Source of the DNA: Lingula anatina
Taxonomy: Eukaryota; Animalia; Brachiopoda
Assembly: GCA_051362555.1 (NCBI GenBank)
Contig: CM120643.1
Coordinates: 7,812,001-7,876,000, forward strand
DNA length: 64,000 nucleotides
Reading direction: 5' to 3'
In this document: positions 1 to 11,753 of the stretch, one piece after another
Layout of the letters: every line of letters begins with the position of its first letter
Numbering within the stretch: position 1 is the first letter of the stretch
Notes under the pieces: generated by a model
Seen by the model: the letters and a program-made list of their open reading frames with translations, nothing else
Database searches by the model: none
Told to the model about the DNA's origin: nothing
Made by a program: the position numbers and the translations under genes

Positions 1-435
1 GCCAAAATTTGCTAAATTCTTTATTTTAAAGAAATAATAATGAAATGATTTTCTCCATATTACTTATACAAAATTGCTGCAGACATCTTTTATACTTAAT
101 TATCCTTGGGCAAACCATAAGATGAGCACTAACATAAGACAAGACAGCAAAGCTGACAAAATATACAGACATAAAACATGTTGCAACAAGAGTTTAATAG
201 ATTTTTTCTGTGACAGCACCAAATATATACAAATATGGGCCAAGGCCTATAGGTTTGCAAATTCACCAGTTTTACCATTAGTTATATAATAGTTTCTTTC
301 AATACTTATAAAACTGTACATGTGTATTTGTAAAAATAATCAAATCCTGCTCATTTTTAATTAAAGCAGTCTTTTTACTAAACAAAGCTACTCTGCATAT
401 TTGATGTCAAACAAAAATATGGTTTGGTATCTATG

Positions 436-2359
436 CTAGGCTCACGCTAGACGCTCGCAAAGTTCGCTATAGCGAATTGCATTTCAGAAATGCGAAAACA
501 AAATGTTACACGTTCGCAAATTTTGCGAAACTGTTAATACAATAAAATGTTAATCACCTTTCAGTGCGTTTGCTTTGGTTTTGCATTAAAAAATACAAGT
601 CACCACGCTAACATCGTTGTTTACATCGTTGCCTATGTCCAAGTGAAAGTGAATATATAGATGCCTCCGTTTCGTGCAGATACTAATTGAAAACGAGGCA
701 ACAATTTAGAGACGGTGCACCGAGTCGTGTGATGTACATTCTAGCCTTATAAGTGTGAAAATAAAATTAAAACGATTAAGAAAATAATAAACAAATAAAT
801 GTAAATGTATAATAATCATTCCACATCCATATGATTAACGGGGTTAGGCAACCAAAGTTTCAGTGCGGGATAGCCCGCACTAGCAGTCAGCACATGGCGC
901 TCAAAATGTGATCCGCGGAGAACGATGTGGCAATGCTTTCAAAGATTTTTGAAAAGGTAAGGTGATTTTTTATCTGACATGTAAACAAAATTGTATTACA
1001 TACAAAATTTAAGCTTTGGAATGTAAAATAAAAAGTGAGTGAATAACTTTTCGTAGTTGGAGCTCATTTTGCTGTAAGTTAGTAACTTTCAACAGTGAAA
1101 GGTTTTTAATGGTCCACGTATTCTGTCTTCGGGTGACTAATTGTCGTATAATCTTGTATTAATGAGAATTTTGGTAAATTTATTTTTCTTTAACAGTTTG
1201 TTGTACCCAGCAAAGAAAAAAGAATACCTTTCTTCTAAAAATGCTTACACGACCACGTGACGATCGATGCGTTGCGCACCAAGCAATGTTTATCGACATA
1301 AATGCGTTCTTGATTTATTTTTGTGCGGGGAAGATAATGATTAAATCAATGAAATATTATAATGATTGGAAAGTTAATAAAGCCATGTGTACAATTTTGT
1401 ACGATTAATATTCATTCTGCAGTTTCAGTTGCCGTTATATTTGTGATCGTGATGAATTTGAAGATTGACCATTTTTCAAGTAGTACATTTTTCAAGGGCA
1501 GGCAAAGAAAAGGATTGCTTCTTCTAATAAGCAGTCCAGAATAGAATCGTTTTTCACCACAGCTACTAGAATACCTCCAACAGAGCAGCCTTTTCAATAC
1601 TATGAACCAGTAGGTGGGCCACTTCTAGACTTACCTGATGACCTTGTGACAATTACCAACATGGAGTCTACTAGTAGTTGCACATTAGAAATTGAAATCA
1701 TTTTTGTGTAATGTCAACATTAATGCTATAGATGAATTACAGTGCCTTATTATCCTCCAACTCAATGGGATTATTCATATCATGTTAATACAGCTAGATT
1801 TAAAGTTTGAATGCAGCTGTATTGGAATATTTTTGTTGTTATCCTTTTATTTATTAGTATATTTACTTTTCAAACACTGTCATCTTCAAGATGTGACATT
1901 TAACTCCCATCACCCTGAAGCTCTGTACATTTTCTGTATTTTTTTTTCAGATTACTTGCAATGTGTTGAAATGAAATAGTGCAAAATGTTTTTAAATTGT
2001 TGTTTTTGTTTAATAATTATGTAATGTATATGCTGATGTAACCTGGGAATAAAGTGACATATGAACTCTGTCTCTCTTTGACTCTTGGATCTTGGTTTCT
2101 ACCTAATGTTGTTAAGGCATGCATAAGCTTTTATTAAAATATTATTTGCATTAACTTACACATTTAGTCTGTTTTATTATTTAATTTTGCGTTTTAATGC
2201 TGTCCAGTGTCTTCCTTTATGTATGTCAGCATAAAAACTGATAAATGGTGGTACTGTTCGACTTTCAAATTTTGCTAATTGAAATAAGAAAATGCTAATA
2301 GAAATTTGTACCCTTTAGCAACTTTTGCTAATCAAAAATAATGACTAGAGTGAGCACAG
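436..2359. mobile_element. Non-autonomous hAT-like DNA transposon with 5-bp TSD (hAT5-like)
   Basis: Imperfect 15-bp TIRs CTAGGCTCACGCTAG / CTAGAGTGAGCACAG (12/15). Flanked by CTATG direct repeats (431-435, 2360-2364). TT(C/T)GCTA subterminal motifs at both ends. No transposase ORF. Confidence 0.65.
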
Positions 2360-2396
2360 CTATGGTAAGACAGTCACCAAAATACATGCAAAAATA

Positions 2397-2427
<31 letters not shown>

Positions 2428-2457
2428 GTGTTTTTTAAATTTTTTACTCAGTCAAAG

Positions 2458-2489
<32 letters not shown>

Positions 2490-3532
2490 GGGTGGGGGGG
2501 GGGGGCATGCATCATGTTCAGCATGAATACCAGTGGATGTCTGGGGATGGCTACAGGAACATGGACCCTATCTCCTGATGTCAGGGAGGAAAAAGAAATG
2601 GTTGGAGCCTGGTTCACAAACCTTGACAGCATTGAGACAAATCATCTCCAACAAAAGATTTCAGGAGGACAATATGTCAAGAACAAGTATTTTCCCCAAA
2701 TAAAGGTAGGAAGATGATATAATATATGCAACATGACTGCATTAAAGGGAAATGTTTTTAATAAAAAGGGGGAAACAATGGCCATAATACCAGGAAGATG
2801 CATGTCTAAGGCACAGCCACTTGATGTCTGCCTCAACAAGCCTTTTAAGGACCAATTATGAAAGCTGTGGACTGACTTCATGGGGGGGGGGGGGGGGGGG
2901 CGGTGGACAGCACTGACAGGAGACTTAGCCAAATCTTCACAGCATCCAAGACCACAGTGGTGCAAGGGATTGCCACTGCATGGTCTGGCAGAGATGGTGG
3001 TCAAGTCCTTCAGTGTGACTGGCATTACTGGACAGACACAGACAGACAGACCTGCAGACATCACAGGTATGTTTGACACGTTGATGACAATTGCAAGGAC
3101 TTTCTAGGCTTTCACACAGTGGACAGACTGGACAAATCCATTTGCTAAACAATGACACAGCAATAATTAAACTACTCCAATAAACTAAGTTTAAGATTAG
3201 ATAATATCATATGTTAGATAATATAATCTCTCATAATAAAATCTCTCTTGAAACAAGGTGCCTAGATGTTTCTGCTTAAATTCAGAAATTCTGCTTAAAT
3301 TCAGAAGTAGCTAAAGAGAAATTGAAACCTTGTCTTGACATGATATTTTGTAATAAAACGATGTTGACAAATACATTATAGTTTTTATTGATTTCGTAAC
3401 ATACCCCAGTAACATAAATTACCCTCCTTTGTCTATTGCGACCTCTGATAAGCAATCTTTTAAGATAAATATGAACTTCTGTTATAATATCAACATAATT
3501 TTTTTCAACATGTATACATGTACATGTATTTA

Positions 3533-4699
3533 TCTGCCATGGTAAACATGCATGTTTTCATATCCATTCATTCATCTGTGACACAACTGCATGCCCAGGC
3601 CTTCATTAAAAACATGAAGTCTTTCTCTGGCTATCATGGCTGTGATAAATACACCCAACCAGGCAAATGGGTGGGGGAAAATGACCTTCCCAGAGACAAA
3701 TGCTCCAGTTAGGACTGACTCATCATTTGATGAAATCAGAGATGAAGAACATCATCATGGACCCACTGCACTGTATAAAGTGAATATTGGGATGGTCTCT
3801 TGTTTCACCCTAGACTACCATTAAGACAATTCTCGACCTTCTTTTCAGGTAAGTCAACAAAACAAAATCGAGATGCACTAAAAAAAATATAATTATTTAC
3901 TACCAGACATTGTCCTAGGAAGTAGTGATAAATATCGAACAATATCAGAGGAACAAGGATAAATGCCGATAAGAATAAAAGCTAGAAAGTCAGATTTTTG
4001 AAAATTTCGTCACACCCAAAAGTTGGGGATGCGTAATTTTGAAAAAATCTTCAGATTAACGCAATTAAAAAAAATGATTAATTTTTTCAAAATTTTCAGG
4101 ACTTTACCGTACATGCATGTAGTTTGTTTAGGAGGTGGTGAAACGTTTACTTCTAAGTTTCTTATGTGGATGAAAGGTCCCTTGAAATGTAGACTTGGAG
4201 GTGGCATTTTGAATTAAATATCAAGGTGTTTAGTTTTTTCTTAAACCAAATATACCATCTGAATTTTCCAGAAGGCCAACCTTTGTTTGAAATTGCCTAA
4301 TGGAAAGCTACAGAATTCCGCCAGTTTCTGTTTGGGCACGTTGCACTGTCTGAAATTCTAGACCCCAATTTATATCAACACTTTTTACTCTTATGTGTAT
4401 CAATGCACATATTACTAAATGAACACTTATGTAAACAGTACAATAGTTATGCAAATGAGCTTCTTGTAGTTTTTGTACAGCAGCTTATGCAAATGTACAG
4501 AGAAGAAATGGCAGTATACAATGTTCATGGGTTGACACATCTCTCATTGGATGCTAACAACTTTGGGAGCCTAGATAATATTTCAGCATTTCCTTTTGAA
4601 AATTATTTACAGAAACTAAAACACATGGTGTGGAAACCACCCTTCTCCATATCACAAGTTATAAGAAGGCTGTCTACATATAAGAATTGTGCATCATAA
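3533..4699 (+). pseudogene. EnSpm/CACTA transposase relic
   Basis: Frameshifted pieces carry AFIKNMKSFSGYHGCDK, LDY|MHVVCLG, WKATEFRQF and YNVHGLTHL...GSLDNISAFPFENYL, typical of animal EnSpm transposases. Confidence 0.85.
3818..4109. mobile_element. 292-bp insertion with TA duplication splitting the LDYMH motif
   Basis: TA at 3816-17 and 4110-11. Removing the insert restores CTA GAC TAC ATG CAT GTA (LDYMHV). The TIR match is weak. Confidence 0.6.
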
Positions 4700-4974
4700 G
4701 TAAAACACCCTTCTAGTAAATATCCAATTTTGTCGAAAAGACATGCAAAAGACCCATTACCAGATTCTCTAAAATCAGGCACACAGTTTAGCAAGGTGGA
4801 AACAGAAAAATCCTTAAATGCTAATCACAGCCCTAAATGTGTTGGTAAATTACAGAATAGTGCTGTTTCTTATAAAGACCCAACTCTTTGTGAAAACATC
4901 AGTAGCAAGGAAGCTCATGGTTTTGGCTTTCAAATTTATCACTAAATTGATTTAAATATAATTATTTTAGAAAA

Positions 4975-5368
4975 ATGGCCTTTCTCCTGGTCGAGTTCAT
5001 AGAAGACGCTGACATAGCTATATCGCCTCATAAGTGGATATTAGAGGATATGAAATTGCATTCTGGCCTCCCTTTACAAGAGATAAGAGTGTGCAGACTG
5101 CCATAAAGTCCCACCTAGTCCAGGACAGAACCACATGGAAAAATAGGCATTTTAAGTGTTCCAAACATCTAGAATTAATGTGCATACTACATGTATCACA
5201 TGTTCCAGTCCAAAATGTGACATTTTAATGTCAATTCATTAATTTCATTTTGCAGATGGCTATGACAATGTTAGAAGGAAACTGAACATAGCTCAATATG
5301 AATCTGACATCGTAACAGAAAACGAAGAGATTATTCCAGCATCTCAGAGAAGTAAGAGAAAGAAGAGG
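4975..5368 (+). pseudogene. N-terminal exons of an EnSpm accessory (second) gene
   Basis: MAFLLVEF...KW...FWPP exon, then an AG acceptor at about 5255 and a YDNVRRKLNIAQYESD exon. Lies directly after the transposase relic. Confidence 0.5.
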
Positions 5369-5429
5369 TTAGAAATGTGTCATAATATTAACTAATATCA
5401 CATATTTTATATCTACACATGAATTATCT

Positions 5430-5610
5430 ATGCTGAAAATGAGAAGGCCAAGAGCAGACCAAAAAAAAAAAAAAACTTTTGCAAAAAGAAATGCTAAGGG
5501 AGTAAAAACATTTAATTTGGATGTTGGGGATGCAATTTTGAAGAAACAAATAAAAAACGTCAGGAGAAAGGGTGGCAAACTGGAGAATTTCTGGATAGGA
5601 CCTTACAAGT
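5430..5610 (+). pseudogene. Integrase C-terminal fragment (Ginger/Gypsy GPY module)
   Basis: VGDAILKK...RRKGGKLENFWIGPYK, followed by a GTAAGT donor. Confidence 0.65.
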
Positions 5611-5657
5611 AAGTTATTTGTAATTTTAAATTAAAAAAAAAAATATATATATATATA

Positions 5658-5670
5658 TTTTGCTCACCCT

Positions 5671-5738
<68 letters not shown>

Positions 5739-5751
5739 AGGGTGAGCAAAA
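5658..5751. repeat. Perfect palindrome centred on (TA)30
   Basis: TTTTGCTCACCCTGTAC-(TA)30-GTACAGGGTGAGCAAAA. Confidence 0.95.
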
Positions 5752-5979
5752 ACAATAAAAAAAACTCCTGGAAAAGTTTAATTTAGAAAGTTTTGGCCTG
5801 GAATTTTTTATTTAGATGTTTTCTGTGAGAACAGCTATGAACAGTTTGCTCCAAGAAGATACGGGTTGCATTCTTATACAAACTAGCAGGTGGCTGAATA
5901 TGCTCAGATAGTGGAATAGATTGGTTTTAATGGATTCATCAAGGCTAACGAAAAGGGTCTTTATCATAGATTATAAAAA

Positions 5980-8095
5980 TAACTGGTCTAGTGAGATAAA
6001 TAGTTATAAATAAAATATAATAGAGATAAAATTCACCTCTCTACACAATTAAAGATAAAAAAGGAAAAATCCAGGTGGTACATCATGACAGATTGAGAAA
6101 ATTTATTGAAAGAGAGAGTGATTTTCAGTTGAATGAACCACAATTGGTGGAACCAATTGTAAAAAGATCAAGATTTGGTAGACAAATTAAGATGCCATCT
6201 CAATGAAGAGACTTCAGTTTAAAATTATCATGTTGATGTATATGTTGTTTATTAGTTAAGGTATAGTTGTATATAAATACTTCCTTAATTTTTTGGCAGT
6301 GCTGAAATAAAAGGAATTTAATTTAATTATTTGTATTTTTTATATAGATGATGGATGAATCAAACCTTATCCATATACTAGAAGAAGAATTTCAATGGTG
6401 TAAAGACTGGACTGAATCACCAGAAACTTTATACATATACTCTCTAAGAAATTCAGAAGAAGCCCAAATGATAATCTATTTGGGAAAATTATGGAAGGAA
6501 ATTTTTTTAAGAGAAATTGGATATGATTGGTTTCTAGACCATGAAGAAGAAATCAAAGAGTTATCTAAGGAAGAATGTATAGAATTTTTTAAAATAATTT
6601 TTTTTTGTATTAAAATACAATATCTCAAAGACAAACTCTTTTATTAAAACAACATATATATATATAATAAAAAGATTTATAAAGTATCTGATAGTTTGTA
6701 CTTTATATTATATTTCAGATAAATTGATCAAAACAACAGTCCAAGTTGGTATATGTTTTTTTTTCTAAATATCTGTTTGAATTTTATTGTTGAGCATGAT
6801 GCATTGAACACTGCATGAATAAGTTTATCTATTTTAGTGTTTTTTGGATTATGGTTGTTCTTTAAAAAAAATGAATATATAAGATTATCATATATAATGT
6901 ACGGGTCAAGATTTATGGGTTTACAACTTCAGACTTACCTGAGTTGTGCAACTTCATGTATTCTGGATTTTCTGTTTTCTGTTTCTAATATCCCATGCTT
7001 TCTTACATGCCAGCAAATTTGCTGGGTCAGCTTTCCAGTACCTCTCGCAGTAACCTACTCCTTTCCTTTCTTAGACATGCCAGGCTGTCTGTACTGTAGG
7101 AAGATGTTCACTGATAGAAGCAACTGGAAGCGGCATGAGAGGAGCTGTTTAAATTGCCACAGCAGTTTAAAATTTGTAGAAAACCGTATGCTGGCAGAGC
7201 ATTATAAATGGAAGCATGAATCGGAAAGAATGAGAAGAGCCCAGCAGTCCTAGAGATCTTGGAGAAGCCTCCTCTGCTGGTTGACGTAACACCTGGGGAG
7301 GAGGTGACCCTCACCCCATCCCCTTTCTCCAGCCCCAGGTCAACTAGAAGAAATTTGAAAGTAGGACCACCCCCTCAACAAGACAAACACCCAAGTTCGT
7401 CGGAGGAAGAGGAAGAGAAACCGCCGAGTAAAGTGAGCCAAAGAAAAGTAAAGGAGGAAGATGGGGAGATAGATATGGTAGCCTTATTCCGAAGGGTCAA
7501 GTGACTGCGTGAGAGAGAAGTCCGCTACCCAAATGGGAGAAGAGATATTGTTAGGAGCTTTTACTTTTAATAGAAAAAGAAAAACAATATAAAGAAAGAT
7601 GAACAGTTTGATGACTAAAAGAAGTGAAAAACAAAAAGGTCAATAAAGTCTTGTTAAACTTACAACTGAGTCTTACTTTGATTCAGGAGAATCAAATTTA
7701 AAAGGTTGGGGGCAGTGTAACACTACCCTCCCTCCTTTTCTGTTTGGATTCAAATACCACATTTGCACCTAATCTCTTTAGAAATTCACTGTGGTAGGGT
7801 TAGCGGTTACGTACCTGCCCTCCAGCTTTATTTGATTCCCCCTACTGCAATTGTTTCTGTCAATTATTAGAAACTTTAATTTTAAAATGACAAAACTACT
7901 ACTACAGTACATTGACGATACATGCATGGAAGCTGCCATGTTTGCTACTCAATGTTTTGACCTTCACAGTGACAGCAGCTCGTGCTCCAGGCGGCTACTG
8001 TCACTAGTTTACCACTTTATGCTGACCTACACAGCACGCGCAGTCCCTCTCCATGTGACTGCTGACATCACCGAGTCAGGGTATAAATAGAAGAG
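5980..8095 (+). mobile_element. 3' part of a Gypsy-like LTR retrotransposon (integrase end, 3' region, PPT, start of 3' LTR)
   Basis: LYTIKDKKGKIQVVHHDRLRKF at about 6040-6105. Purine tract AAAAGGTTGGGGGCAG followed by TGTAAC at 7716. TATAAA at about 8083. The LTR right end was not found. Confidence 0.55.
7077..7253 (+). pseudogene. Small zinc-finger-like ORF in the Gypsy 3' region
   Basis: MPGCLYCRKMFTDRSNWKRHERSC (CxxC-x12-HxxxC) plus CLNC...HYKWKH. Preceded by a polypyrimidine-AG acceptor. Confidence 0.5.
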
Positions 8096-8149
8096 CGTGC
8101 TGATGAGAGGGAGCCTTTTTCGACGTAGAAGACTCAGGAGAGGAATCAG

Positions 8150-8447
8150 CAAGCAATGTAGAAGCCTTTTTACCAGATGATTTTGCAGTTAAATATTGAT
8201 TGGCTTCCATTATTTCAGAGCACAAACCAGAATTTCTGGCCCATAGTAGGAAAAATAGTAAACCTCCCGACAAAGAGCCTTTTCTAATTGCTTTATTCCC
8301 TGGGGTATCTAAGCCCGATAATTTAGACAATTATTTACAGACTAGTGCCAACAAATACAAGGTGGATTAATCAGCCATGGTAAACATGTATTCATATCCA
8401 TTCATTCATTCATCTGTGACACACCTGCCCTGGCCTTCATTAAAATC
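8150..8447 (+). pseudogene. EnSpm/CACTA transposase fragment
   Basis: EPFLIALFPGVSKPDNLDNYL and SFICDTPALAFIK. 8373-8447 is homologous to 3533-3615. Confidence 0.7.
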
Positions 8448-9884
8448 ATTTCATTTTTAACTTTGATTTTTGTATCTACAGAGGCCTCCACACAACTCAA
8501 AATTACCAGTAAGTTGTGGCAAATTTATTCAGTTTTCCGACAATGTAAGCATGTAAAGAACTTTGCCTTAAGCTAGGAATTTCACAAATCAATTCACAGT
8601 CATGTGCATAAAAAATGCACGCTCGCCATTTCCACGTTTCAGCCTTGTTTTGGCTTCACATACGTCCGTTTCCATAACCCTTGGAAGGTGATTATCACAT
8701 GTTCGCAGATTCTTATGATATTAACATCAATTTTTCTTTTACAGTACTTACTCATTAGTAAATATTTCTGTTTATTTGTTTATTCTTGTTGCTTTCATTT
8801 AATGGGTCTTGCTTTTAATGTTTTGATATTCTTTATTTGTCTCTTTTGCCGTTTTCACTTGTCAATTTTATCTAATTTTCTACTGTCTCTACTGTGGTGC
8901 CTTTGCCAGTCTTTTGTGTTGTTTGATATTTATACTTCTTTGTCTGCCTGCCTTACTGTCCAGTCGTCAGTTCTGTCCGTATCTGTCATTGTGAGCTTTT
9001 TAACGCCATTTTCCAGTGTGGTGCCTTTGCCAGTCTTTTGGCCTGCTTGCTATTCATACTTGTTTGTCTTCCTGTCAGTGAGTGCTTGAGGCAGATAAAA
9101 TGCTCGGGGAAAATGAAACAGATTTTTCATCAAATGAACAATGGCTTCCTTTTTTCTGATGGAAATTCATCTGTGTAGTTGTAGGTGTTCTGGGATTCCA
9201 CAAAATATTGACAAAAACTCTTCAGTCAAGCAAATGTGAAATGTGGTCACTCACTCATGCAATGCATAAATAAAAAAGACCACACCTACTGAGATCACAC
9301 GCACACACCGACTTTACTTGAGAAGGACAGGAGAAGGACATGACTCTCTTTATAAGATATAGACTCCACAATTTATGTAAGTGTATTTGTTTTAATTTAT
9401 GAGAATCATTGTTTTATATAATACTTTTGAATATATTATATTATTGTATTTTTATTTTTATTTTAGTGACCAGCTATCGGCTATCAACTATCAGCTTATC
9501 AATATCAGCAATTTTGAATAAACTGAAAATAAAGCCAACCGTGTACAAAAAGGAGTTCTGTTCTTTCTAACCCAAAACAGTAGGATATGATTCAAGTATT
9601 AAACTTTTCAATTTCTACCATGTGAATAAGGCCCTGAAGAGTTGTAAGTATCCCAGCTGGGCTATAAGAAAGGTACTGAACAATGTTGGAGCTGATAAGG
9701 AGTCAACACCTGAGGATGACGAGAGAAGACAAGATAAGCCCAAAACCAGTATAGTGATCCCATACATGAAAGGGAGATCAGAACAGCTGAAACGAATTTA
9801 TACAAAACACAAAGTGAATGTTTGCTTTAGACCTCACAGAATACTCAAACAGATTCTTTGTCATTCTAAAGATAAGACTGACAA

Positions 9885-10620
9885 AAAGGGAAGTTTGGCG
9901 TAGTCAAACGTTTATTTATGGCGACAGTCTGATTCTTCACAAGTTTGCAAGTAGCCTCGGATTCAATGCTACACAAGTTGTTAACATTTTTGCTCTAGCC
10001 TCGGATTCAATGCTGCATCTATCGCGATCAGACTCCCTGTCCAATCACGGACGTTTATTATGGCATAACTTGCCGAAAATTTGCATAAGCCTCGGATTCA
10101 ACGCTGCATCTTTTGATCAGACACCCTGTCCAATCACGGATGGGGGTTTCACTTAGGTTCGCGCCTCAGCGTTTAACCAAATGAGCGTTACTATTCCTTC
10201 CCACTTTTTATATAAGGTTCTATAGTGTATGCAATTGTCAGAATAATTTTACGTTCGCCATCTTCAATTTAAACTGTATTAACAGTTACGGATTCACAGA
10301 TATTTCAAGTCGGGACTTTTGGCGAACCTGCTGATAGATCGACGCATCTCCGGCTTTCCCACGAACAGAACTCCAATTTGCTACAAGTAAGTTTTTTCTT
10401 TATTTGAGTTATTGATTTTGCGAATTATAGTAGCATGGCTGTTCTTGTCATTGGGCATTCTTTTGTACACAGGCTCCAATCTTACCTCGACCAAGGTCGG
10501 GACGACCGCACGGCGAAAGACTTTGGATTCCCTGAATCAGTACACTGGCACGGAATAGGTGGCCGTACGGTCCCTAAACTGGTCAGATACGATTTGGGCA
10601 TCCTTCGCCGGGTCCGCCCG
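9885..10620 (+). mobile_element. SGNH-hydrolase cassette copy 1 (3'-truncated; probable Ngaro/DIRS repeat)
   Basis: Starts AAAGGGAAGTTTGGC as in copy 2. Contains three CCTCGGATTCAA(T/C)GCT repeats, CCAAT boxes, a TATATAA, a GTAAGT donor at 10387 and the ORF start MAVLVIGHSFV. Confidence 0.65.
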
Positions 10621-10938
10621 GTTAGTGGCGCAATTTACCATATAAGGTGCCAGGGTAACAAGAACTGTGAATGTGAGAAAGACTACATCGGGGAAACGGA
10701 AAGAACTTTAAAATCTAGAGTGATGGAACATAAAAGACGGAGCCTCACCACCACGGAGGTTTCTAGGCACATTCATGTAGATTATCCAGGACATGAAATC
10801 CCATGGGAGACAGCAAAGATCTTGGACAGGGACCCTTCTTGGTGTGAAAGGGGGGTAAAGGAGTTCATTTACATCAGGGCACATATTAACCCAAGCTTGA
10901 ACAGAGATGGGGGGAGGCACCAATTGTCACATATTTGA
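10435..10938 (+). CDS. Chimeric open ORF: SGNH hydrolase N-terminus (62 aa) fused in frame to the Penelope GIY-YIG endonuclease
   Basis: The provided 167-aa ORF. Junction RRVRP|VSGAIY at 10620/10621. Expression is unknown. Confidence 0.5.
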   Translation: MAVLVIGHSFVHRLQSYLDQGRDDRTAKDFGFPESVHWHGIGGRTVPKLVRYDLGILRRVRPVSGAIYHIRCQGNKNCECEKDYIGETERTLKSRVMEHKRRSLTTTEVSRHIHVDYPGHEIPWETAKILDRDPSWCERGVKEFIYIRAHINPSLNRDGGRHQLSHI

Positions 10939-10988
10939 GACAACGCAATCACCAAAGCACTGGTGAGCAGTGATCGTCCCATATGACA

Positions 10989-11030
10989 TCACACTGAAGA
11001 AGATCATGAATGTGATCAAAAGCTCTGTTA
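10989..11030 (+). ncRNA. Minimal hammerhead ribozyme motif of the Penelope pLTR (probably inactive)
   Basis: TCACA-CTGAAGA-A-GATCA...TGATC-[A]AAA-GC-TC-TGTTA: CUGANGA core, stem II, palindromic AGCT stem III. The GAAA box reads AAAA. Confidence 0.55.
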
Positions 11031-11753
11031 GATATAGCTCTATTTTTAGTGTAAAAATTGAAAAGTTTAAAACTTGAATCATGACTTCCTTTTTTGCCTA
11101 TTTGCTTCAAATAATGTTAACGCAGTTATTTGAGAATGTTGGTATAACCACATATCCTTATCATCATACCAAGTATAGCTGATCAAGAGATAAGATCCTG
11201 CACAACCATCTTTCATAAAATTAGAATTTTCTTTTGTGATTGATTTTATAGCATTTGACTATTGTTGTTCTTGGCTTTGGCTCTATTCTGGCATATGAGA
11301 AAAACCACAATTAGATCAGCATGACAACAAATGAAACAGTGTAAATACACGACTAACAGCAGTTAGTTTACCATGTAAGAGCAAAGGATACACATTAAGT
11401 CTAAATCGAAACCATTTATTATCCTAATTTCTTCTTTTCTTTTTAACCCTTTCTAATGCCATGATGTGATTTCATGTTGGTGCCCATATCTGCAGATTTG
11501 TTTGTGAATTTTTTTAACATGTGGAAAGATTTGGACATGTGAGTTGGTCCAGAAAGGTATATTCATACATTTTACCAAAAGGCTATAACATAATATAATA
11601 TATACAATAATGCTGTGATCTATTATATACAGAATAAATACATTACTTACAGAAATATTATACAGCTGGTAGACATATACTTGGAACATTTTAGACTGCC
11701 AGACATAGAGAATTGAAAGGTGTAAATGCTGATCAAGATAATGTCCAGCTGAG

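Larger units (their letters stand above)
9587..11082 (+). mobile_element. 5'-truncated Penelope-like retroelement with inverted pLTR end, interrupted by an insertion
   Basis: RT-linker ORF 9622-9890 (KYPSWAI, IVIPYMKGRSEQLKRI, FRP, KDK). GIY-YIG at 10621-10938 (AIYHIRC, YIGETERTLKSRVMEH, LNRDGG). 9587-9618 is the reverse complement of 11051-11082 (30/32). Confidence 0.9.

Noticed and set aside
2457-3158. Cluster of short ORFs around (GT)n and poly-G tracts
   Set aside because: The ORFs start in microsatellites or homopolymers and show no recognisable domain.
8604-9089. 161-aa hydrophobic ORF resembling a membrane protein
   Set aside because: T-rich low-complexity DNA with an internal 25-bp duplication and no family motif.
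10387-10433. Conserved 5'-UTR mini-intron in the SGNH cassette (also 16925-16970)
   Set aside because: It is only 44-47 nt. The donor is conserved but may splice to a distant acceptor, so it was not called as an intron.
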